A stretch of 32,000 bases of DNA, from contig BAAFSQ010000026.1 of the NCBI GenBank assembly GCA_054661495.1, forward strand, positions 1-32,000, given 5' to 3'. The notes below the pieces were generated by a model, which saw only the letters and a list, made by a program, of their open reading frames with translations, searched no databases and had not been told where the DNA came from. The first letter of the stretch is position 1, and the number at the start of each line of letters is the position of its first letter. Shown here one piece after another: positions 23,021 to 32,000 of the stretch. The translations under genes and the position numbers were made by a program. The DNA is from Zygophlyctis sp. KS116. Lineage: Eukaryota; Fungi; Chytridiomycota.

Positions 23021-24763
23021 ATGCTGGTTCCTAGTGCTGCGATTGAAGGCGATAATTTCGATGGATTGGCCATATTGTTTCCTAATGTAAATGTTGACTT
23101 TAAGCACTTGAATTCCGCTGTATTGAGTCATTTGGAAGTGGACGATCGACTTGGAAAAGAGCCCATCCTGATAGTTGATGAGAACAGTCCCGGTTCAAGA
23201 TTAGTAATGGGACCCGTCGGTCAGTTGAATGGCGATGTTGATGATGTCCGCCGGTATTCTGAGGCTTCTAGATCGTTATTGAAGTTTTGTTCTTCTGTCG
23301 GTATGAAGAGACCATTGTTCTGGATAGTTGATCCAAACGATTGTTCACGCCTTAATTCCGATTATCGCTATAGATTGATTGTCAGTATGTTGGGGCTTGA
23401 AGCTCAATCATATATCCCACTACAGGCTAGAGAACATTTTTTGAATTTTGCTGCTGCAGAACCTGAAATCGGAATCTATAATTTGTCTCCTTGGATGGCA
23501 TCTTGGGTAGCTGCTGTAGATTCTGGAAGACGATTGGCAAAGGATGTTGGAGGATCTGATCCAGAGAGAATGGCGCCATTTAAATGTGCAAATTATCTTA
23601 TGGATGCATTTAGATCGGATGATAATGTGTCTGTAACAGTCATAAGTGATCCTAAAGTTCTTCAAGCTGAATATCCATTGTTGGATGCAGTTGCGCGTGC
23701 GTCTTATCAAGTTTCTAGACATTCGCCCTGCGTTATTCGTAAGATGAGATATAAGTGATAATAGGACTTGAATATTACTCGCCTGATCCAGATTCTGTTG
23801 TGGAAAATATATTTTTGATTGGAAAAGGAGTTACATATGATACTGGAGGTGCAGATATCAAGTATATTTAGTTAAACTTATTCTAGACACGGTGGGCATA
23901 TGAAAGGTATGTCAAGGGATAAATGTGGTGCAGCAGCTTGTGCTGGATTTATGAAGACTGTGATTTTAATATTTCTGATTATAGGTTGCTGCTCTAAAGC
24001 CAAAAAATGTCAATGTGATTGCATACCTAGGATTTGTTAGAAATTCAAGTGGTGCTGATAATGTATATTTACAAATTCTAAGATTAGTATGTATCTGATG
24101 AGATTATTGTGTCAAGAGCTGGTGTGCGAGTTCTGATTGGAAATACTGATGCTGAAGGAAGAATGGTTATGGGAGGTAATTTATTAGTTTAATTCATTAG
24201 ATTTATTGGCTCAAGCAAAAGAGGTGTCATTGACAATGAAAAAACCTTCACGTTTAATGACTGTTGCAACATTAACTGGGCATGCTATTCGTGCAGTTGG
24301 GTGTGGTTATTCTATTTCTTTAGATAATGGACCAGCAATAGCAGAAGGTATATCAAAACGGTTATTTGAGGCTGGACATTTGATCGGAGAACCTTTTGAA
24401 ACTTCTACTTTGAGACGTGAAGATTTTAAAGTATTTAAAGTATTCTAAATCTACTAGTTTATCAAACCTACAGCAATCACTGAAGATGTTGTTCAGGCAA
24501 ATTCTGAGCCTTCTACAATGACTTCTAGAGGTCATCAATACCCAGCAGCCTTTTTATCTGTCGCTTCAGGATTAGTAGATCACGGTATTGACTCTAAAAA
24601 CCCCATTTGTTATACTCATGTAGATATAGCAGGATCTGCTGAAGAAGGAGGAGGAGGGTAATTATAGATATTTCTAAATTCAAGTTTATCTTTACCATCC
24701 GTTACCGGTGCGCCTATAGCAGCATTGTCATTGGCGTTTTTAGGAATCAAGGAAAAATACTAA
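23021..24763 (+). CDS. M17 family leucyl aminopeptidase, about 520 aa
   Basis: GKGVTYDTGG, MSRDKCGAA, NTDAEGR, HVDIAG; introns 23739-23764, 23862-23886, 23960-23984, 24063-24087, 24176-24200, 24431-24457, 24658-24684. Confidence 0.93.
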
Positions 24764-24918
24764 TATTTTTTACTGTTTATTCCATTATTTAGAATATCTG
24801 AGATCATTAAATCATAAATCTTTTCAATAAAAACTCAAGAAAGAGATTCTTGTAAATCTAAAATTATAGATTTGTGATTATTCTTCTTACACATGAATTG
24901 AACCAAATTCCATAAAAT

Positions 24919-25590
24919 CTAAGATATAACTGAAAAATTCCCTTTAAAAAAGATTTGTAGAGTATAAGTTTTTGTTTCTGGATTCCAATGAGACCATAAC
25001 TTGTCCTTATCACGATCAATTTCCTTTGATTGTATTTTAAAAGCAATAATTTCATAAGGTTCTGCAGCTACAAGTAAATACTGATACATTTTAGAAGGAG
25101 GTTCAATTTTTTGTTCAAATGCCGACATAAACCGATGTCTTGGCTTATCAGCAATAATTTCAGGATAAAGAATTTGAAACAAGAGTCCGAATTGTCTTGA
25201 TGCAGGATCTTTTACTTTTGTAACTTTATATCCAGGTCTTCCTATTTTAACAGCAACTTTTCTGATTGGAACTTTACGAGCAGACGCAATATGAGTTGGC
25301 AGAGCTGCTTCACCTTCTTTCGACTCTTTCATAGCCCTGTGACTTAGATTCATCTGATGCTTCTTCCCCTGTGTATGTGCAAGATAACTACCTTCAGACG
25401 GATGTATAGTTAGACATAATTTGCATTCAAACGATCCCAAATGATTCTTTAGAAAATAAGGATCTCTAGACAAATCAATAGTTTCCAAGGCTAATTTTCT
25501 TAGTCTTTCTCTTCGCTCAATATTAGACTCATCCACAGATGCCACTCCTCCCGATCCAGGCTTTGATCCAACTCTGTTTTGACGATCCAT
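24919..25590 (-). CDS. SF3A2: Splicing factor 3a subunit 2 (Prp11/SAP62), U2 snRNP, intronless, no Pro-rich tail
   Basis: RRERLRKLALETIDL, ECKLCLTIH..EGSYLAHTQGKKH Zn finger, KIGRPGYKVTK, PRHRFMSAFEQ. Confidence 0.97.
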   Translation of the reverse strand: MDRQNRVGSKPGSGGVASVDESNIERRERLRKLALETIDLSRDPYFLKNHLGSFECKLCLTIHPSEGSYLAHTQGKKHQMNLSHRAMKESKEGEAALPTHIASARKVPIRKVAVKIGRPGYKVTKVKDPASRQFGLLFQILYPEIIADKPRHRFMSAFEQKIEPPSKMYQYLLVAAEPYEIIAFKIQSKEIDRDKDKLWSHWNPETKTYTLQIFFKGNFSVIS

Positions 25591-25679
25591 TCGTTTTCTT
25601 CAAAAGTAGGTCGAGGTGTCAACTCATGATACAAAACTATTAGATTCGGACAATCTAAAACTATATATTTACTTATTCG

Positions 25680-28600
25680 CTAAAATGTAAAGCCACGTAT
25701 TGATATAGGCTCAGTCTTTATTGCAGTTATCACATGTTTGAGAATTTCAAAAGAAATAGGCTTGGATAATACATCATCAAATTCTTGGATTTGTTCAAAG
25801 GTGTGTTGAGAGGAAGTGATGCAAATTGTAGGAGAGTGTTGGTTAAGATTAGATACAGTTTTTATAAACCGAGAGACTTGGTGACATGATACTAGAATAA
25901 ATTTATAGGAAATTACCAATGGAAAGTTTAGAATCAAGTAGTATCAAGTCAAATTTAATATCTGAAATAGATAATGCTAGAGCCTCAGGTCCAGAATCCA
26001 CTTGGATTACTCGGCATCCAAGTTTACGTAGAAAATCTGGTAATAAACCGGCTTTAGAATCCTAATGTAAAATAAATAAAGATTACAGCAACCAACACAT
26101 CTAAAGATTTTGATTCTAGTCCAGAATTACATGAGCGTTGATTAAGTGTGGACTTTGTCATTGCCAAGGTGGCATATGGTGACATGTTGGGGCGTTTTCC
26201 AGAATCACTCCCCTTACGACTTCTAAGTGGGACAGAGGCTTGGCGAGAGCGACGATTTGATGATCCAATATTAAATTCACTAGTGTCAGATTCAGAGTCA
26301 ATTCCAGATCGAGAGCCTGAACGGAAAGAGCCTCTACGGATGTTATTCAGGGATGAAGCTTCAGAGGAGACTGTTTTGCGGAATTTAAGAGATTTCAATC
26401 TGTCAGCGCCAGTAAATCCAGATTGTAATTTCTGGACTAATTTTTGATTTGCTTTCTCTAGAAGAGGTAGATTTCGGTACATAAATCCTCCAAAATCAGC
26501 ATCCTTTTTCCCGGAAATTCTTGGTAAAAGAGAAATGTCGTCCATTTTGACTTTATGAGGGAGTTTACGGTTCTTGGAATCATCCAAGTATAAATCTTCA
26601 TTATCTTCATCTTCAAAATTTTGAGATATAGCACCACGATCGTCAAAATAATTTGTGTCGGTGGCTTCTGGAGGGCGAGGAATAAATGAAGCTTCCTGAA
26701 GATTGAGATCTTCCCAAACAACATCTTCAAACCATGGATGCTGCTTTATTTCTTCGGGGCCTTGAGATCCAAGGCGTTTTTTGGAATCCATTTCTAGAAA
26801 TTTTTCCATTACATTTCGCGCATTGACTGATATATCCAACAATCCTTCATGCCAATTCATGTTTTTATGCAAAATATTTTCAAAAACCTTTTGAGCTGTA
26901 TCAGCATTGAAAGGTGGATATCCAAACAAAAATTCATACAAAATCACACCGACTGCCCACTACATTATTAAGGTTTTGCAACTTACCCAATCAACCGGGG
27001 CATCCTGATATTCACCCATAATTGATTCAGGGGCTACGTAATCTGGAGTTCCCAAAAAAACATTAACTTCTTCCTTATCTTCTGGAGAAGACATATCCGT
27101 ATTAGAGCAAAAACTTTTAATACTACTGATACTAGCCATTGAATCTCTACGATGATGAGTCCTAGGGAATACAAGCTGCCCAAAAGGAGATATCGGCGAT
27201 GGTGAAAGAGACGGTTGATAACATATTGAAGCTGTTTTGACTTTACTATCTGGAAATAAACTAGCTTTTGCTGGCTCGAACATATACTTCGGGCGCCTTT
27301 CAGAGTAGAAGCCACCATCTCCTGTAGATTCAGCATTATCTGGTATGGTTTGAGTATCAGACGGCTTTTGTGATACAGTAAAGGACCGAGGAGAAATAAA
27401 GCCCATTCTGGAGAGTCCAAAATCAGTAATCCTCAGATGACCTTTTGAATCTATCAATAAATTATCTGGTTTCATATCCCTACAGTTAAGTAAAAATAAA
27501 AATACCGATGAACTACTCCTTTCTCATGCAGAAATTCTAATCCGAGGACCATTTCGGAAACGTATTGCCGTGCCCACTTTTCATCGAGTGACCCAACAGC
27601 TTTAAGCAAGGACGCACAGTCACCGCCATTTAGATATTCCATAACTAAATACAGATGATGTTTACTTTGGAAACTGTAATAAAGTCTAACAACATATGGG
27701 GAATCAAGCTGTGTTAAGATCATCCTCTCCGCCCGCACATTCGTCACTTGATTTTTGGCAATCATATCAGCTTTCTTCAATACTTTAATCGCATAATAAT
27801 CACCATTAACTTTTTTCTGTGCGAGATAAACTGAACCATACGCTCCTTTAGAAATCGGCTTGACTATTGAATAATCCTTGATTGTTGGCTCCATTCTGGG
27901 CATTATAGAAGAAAAATTTCCACTTGGGGGAGATTTGATTGAAAAATCTATAAAATCGACCAACGGAGACTTGGGGAAATCTGATTTCTGGACAGGGAGC
28001 GTTTTCTCTGTATTTACAACAATTCTAGAAACTCTGGAAGCCTTTTTCTTCTGTGCGGACTGAGACTGAACAATTCTAGATTTCAGAGCTGCATTGTGAA
28101 CATTATCAGTAGTTTCTAAATTCAAATTCTCCAATCCAATATTTCTTTCCTCTCGATTTGAAATAATATTTTCAATTGGATCTAAATAATCAGTGCACAA
28201 AAGTTACCTGACTTCAATCCGATTTCGAATTTTAAATTTTCTTCTTGCAAAAAGGCCAGCTGGAAGAAATGTGCGGAATCTCGCAAAAAGCGCATCTTGG
28301 TTTTCAACTCTGGTAGAGAAGCTCTAAATGCACAAGCAATGGTCCATAAGTTATTACCTATAGCGAATAATTGATCTTTGACCATCTTCATGTTCTCGGA
28401 ATTAAATTGAACTTCTGTTGAAACGAAAAAGTCCGTGTTTTGAGGCATGTCCCAGTCCACTAACTTTTCGATGGAGTCCAATTCTTCAGTATCACCTCGA
28501 CTCTTTGCTATGCTTATTTCTTTTCCGATAAGCTTTAGCCGAGAATCAACCTTTTCCATCATACTCTGAGATATTCTGGAGAGATTGTTTAGAGATTCAA

Positions 28601-30889
28601 TATAACGTTTCTGTTCATTCAAGATTTCTGGATCATTTTCTTTTTCCAAAAGTTCCATTTTGACCTCTTCATTTAAAAATTCATCCTGCGTTATGAGTTG
28701 GGTTTTTATGTTATCGAGAGAATCTTGGATAGTAATTATTTCCATTTCCGCTCGATGAACATTTGTACAGACTATGTTATGGTGTTCAAAGAGAAGCGCT
28801 GGTATCGTTCTCTCGCAAATATTGCACAGAGCAAGATCATTATTCAGAGATTCATTAGATTCACCTAGGACTAAGCAATTGGAAATTTTGGGGCTGCATT
28901 CAGGCGAAGAATTCAGTGCGTAATCTTCCGTGCCAAAATCCTTCCACTGATGTCCAAGAAGAGCAACAGGTCTAACTAACCAAATAGAGCCATTATTCCC
29001 TTCTGACCTGATACCTTTTGCTTCCATCAAGAGTGCTAAATTATCTGATCGCCGGGCTTTAAATAAAACCTCGATAAAAATATTATCCATTTCATACAGC
29101 TTTTGAAGTGCAGTTTGAAACATATGATGCCCTGATGTATTTGGTGGTAGAAATGGTAATTCATTTGTCCCAACAATATCATTTTCATCAAATCCTATAA
29201 ATTAGAGTGCTAAATAATACCAAAAACCGAATTTACTGACGGGGAAATGAAAGATATTTCTCCAGACTTTAAAAAGACAATCACGATATTCAATAGCTTG
29301 CTTTCTTCTGCTACATCATTCAATTCTTCCAAAGTCCATTCAAGTTGCATTATTCCATTTACATTTGGCAGCTGTCCAAAAGATGGTCTATACAAGACCC
29401 GATCCTCTAAAACACTATTAGAGTCCTGAAAATTGAAGTTTAAAGAATCTGTTTCAGATTCCATGTTCCCTTTTGTAAATATAGCAGGTTCATCATTTGC
29501 GTGTTCAATAATATTTAAGACGCCCGAAATAGCCATTGATGTCTGTATTCCAAACCATCCAGTAGCACCATTCCGTTTATCAGTTAGTTTTGACTGAATA
29601 GTCTGTAGTTCTTCCAAAATAGTTTGAATAGTATTTTGTTGAAGAAGCTCATCATAACAAAATGACAAAATTTTCTCAATGAAGAGACATAATTCCTTCA
29701 AAAGTGCGATTGATTCCTCATCCAAATATTTCCTGATGAGTACAGCTCCAGGAGACACATCATCTTCATCATTTAAAACTCCTAATATTTCAGAATGAAC
29801 CGTTTCCAACTGCGAATCACATAAATTTTTAGCATCTATTAACGAATCCTTAAAAGACACTCGTTCATTCAACAATTCTCCTTCTGAGCATAGACGCTTT
29901 AAAATAGAATTATTAGTACTAGTTCTTGATTTTTCAAATTTTATATTGGGTCCATGTGCAATATTTAACCCAAATGGCTTATTTAAAAAAGAATTATTTC
30001 CAGTTTCATAAACACTAGAAGACGCAACTGAAGCATCATCTGCCCCTTCATAATCTTCATCTGTAGGATAATGTAAAGGACTTAAACATGTCGGAGAGTT
30101 TAAAAGACTTTGAGAATCTATCGTCGCACTATACCTATTATTCAATTTAAAAGGATGAAATGGACGATCTAATCTCTTCCTAGTAGTTTTATAACTTATC
30201 CATCTATCTGGTTTCCATTTTTTCCAATAAAAACATTTTGCTTGTCTTGAAGTAGAAATTATTTCATGATAAGCACGATTTTCTGAAGCCAAGAACAGAT
30301 CTGAAAAAACGTCTGATAATTTAAATTTATTATCAGCTATTATGTTAGTTTTGTTAAAAATACCATTCTTTTTACATGATTTCTTTCTGAATTCCCAACC
30401 ATCACTTATATAACCATCATTTAAATTATTTGACCATTTAGGCAATTCCGGCAGACTACACGTTGAATAAAAGTTATTTTTCGATTCATCATTGAGTGTA
30501 CTAATTCTAAATCGTGATAAATCATTTAGAGTTGTAGCATCTGATTCAGTTTCTCTCTTTTTATGAAATCGTGGAGGAGTAACATGTATAAACAAGGAAG
30601 AATTTGGAGAGTTCCACTTAACTCCAGTCTCAGAATCCGATTCAGAGTAAGCGGCTTTGGAATCTGTGGTTGGTAAAAGAATTGGAAGAGTTCCACAGTC
30701 TGAATCTTCCTCATCGTCAAAAGTCCTTGTGAGTCGTAAAAGTCCGGGCGGTAAGCTGCCAGACGGAGTTCTCTTATGATTACCCTCTGCAGAGTATGGA
30801 TTGAGCGGGGAATGCCTGCGTTCTGGCCTTATTGTCCTGTTTAGTAGAATATATGGAGGGACCTTTTTGCTCTCAGAGTCTGATGGCAT
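25680..30889 (-). CDS. RIM15: Rim15/Greatwall-family kinase (PAS, C2HC finger, split AGC kinase, receiver domain), about 1684 aa
   Basis: [14 protein letters not shown]|[41 protein letters not shown], receiver [10 protein letters not shown]; introns 29195-29220, 28182-28207, 27480-27505, 26960-26986, 26062-26086, 25892-25916. Start codon uncertain. Confidence 0.9.
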
Positions 30890-30974
30890 AACTCTTATAA
30901 TGAAACGACGAGCGACAACGCGCAAATTGACTCGGTTAAACTCTCAACTCCATCAAATATTTACTCTAAACAGA

Positions 30975-32000
30975 TTAGATTGATATTTTCTCTGCTTGAA
31001 ATTCATGCATGATTTTTATCAATGCATCAACTCCATCAACAGACATTGCATTATAAAGTGAAGCTCTAATTCCTCCAACAGACCGATGTCCAGCCAATCC
31101 AACGAGTCCGGACTTTTCACAAATCTGTAAAAATTCTTCTTCAAGATCTTGATTAATTTGTCCATTTCGCCATATTCTAAATGGAATATTCATTCTAGAC
31201 TGATTTTCTTGAGTAACTGGACATTTATAGAAATTTGAGATTTGAATTGCTTCATATAGTTTAGAAGCTTTAATTCTATTCTTGACTGAAATTTTTTGTA
31301 ATCCACCAGACTCTAATATCCATTTAAAAACAAGTCCAGACACATAAATTGGAAAAGTTGGCGGTGTATTATAAAGTGATTTAGAATCAGCAAAAGTCTT
31401 GTAATCCAGCATTAAAGGAGGTATAAGTGGATTAACGCCTGAATTTTCTGGAATTAAATCTTTTCTAATTATAACTATTGTAACTCCTGCAGGACCGATA
31501 TTCTTTTGTGCACCTGCAAATATTACTCCAAAGTTTGATACATTTACAGGTCTGGAAAGAATATTAGAACTCATATCACATACTATAGGTACATTACCTT
31601 TTAAAGTACGTATTTGAGTTGAGAAATCACTAGGAAATTCAACACCATGAATCGTTTCATTATCACCTAATTGTTAAATCTAATAGTCTTCTTTGTGTTT
31701 ACCACATCAAAGTGACTAGAAATCTAATAAACTTACAATAGTAAATAAAAGCAGGATCACTAGAAAACGTCATTTCAGATATCGGTGGTATTTGACCAGT
31801 ATGTCCAGTTGATTTAGTAGTAAAAACTACATTTCCATCAACTCCGAGCCGTTTAGATTCATCGTACGCCTTTTGAGACCAGGCGCCCGTTATCAAGTAA
31901 TCAATCCGCTGGTTCTTATCACAAAGTAAATTATAAATGACTGCAGAGAATTGGGCAGTAGCTCCTCCTTGCATAAAAAGAATCTCATAATTATCAGGAA
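30975..32000 (-). CDS. SER1: Phosphoserine aminotransferase, 5' end outside the window
   Basis: MQGGATAQF, YYC|DNETIHGVEF, DMSS, GAQKNIGPAG (PLP Lys), GHRSVGGIRASLYNA; 70-nt intron 31667-31736. Confidence 0.96.

Noticed and set aside
209-30983. Short antisense or alternative-frame ORFs in the track (e.g. 1059-1268, 22119-22565, 26148-26447, 27034-27420)
   Set aside because: Shadows of conserved genes with no recognisable motifs.
1-32000. tRNA, rRNA, CRISPR arrays, transposons, Introner-like repeated introns, U12 or AT-AC introns
   Set aside because: None seen; intron sequences are unrelated to each other, and all are GT-AG without U12 signals.

Overview
AT-rich, extremely gene-dense eukaryotic DNA. 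Gene content (Rim15-type PAS/kinase/receiver, muskelin, cactin, At4g15545-like) suggests an early-diverging fungus such as a chytrid (inference). I reconstructed 17 protein-coding genes by hand: a Cys-rich secreted repeat protein, PRP8, At4g15545-like, a nucleotidyltransferase, COX4, a small membrane protein, a single-pass membrane protein, oligopeptidase B, cactin, a forkhead TF, TSR1, EMP24/p24, muskelin, an M17 aminopeptidase, SF3A2, RIM15 and partial SER1. The standard code is used and intergenic gaps are mostly <250 nt. Main signals: (1) 42 of 44 inferred GT-AG introns are only 24-34 nt, with degenerate donors and many AAG acceptors; (2) a box C/D snoRNA, invisible in the ORF track, sits 29 nt past the PRP8 stop, with a 12-nt guide matching the U6 ACAGAGA region (D+5 target A47, mgU6-47/SNORD7-like) and a possible second guide to U2 G25; (3) the 84-nt muskelin intron looks built from three donor-bearing mini-units that could be removed stepwise; (4) an in-frame TAA interrupts a tandem-repeat secreted protein; (5) two convergent CDSs overlap. 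All intron calls are manual and need RNA-seq confirmation.
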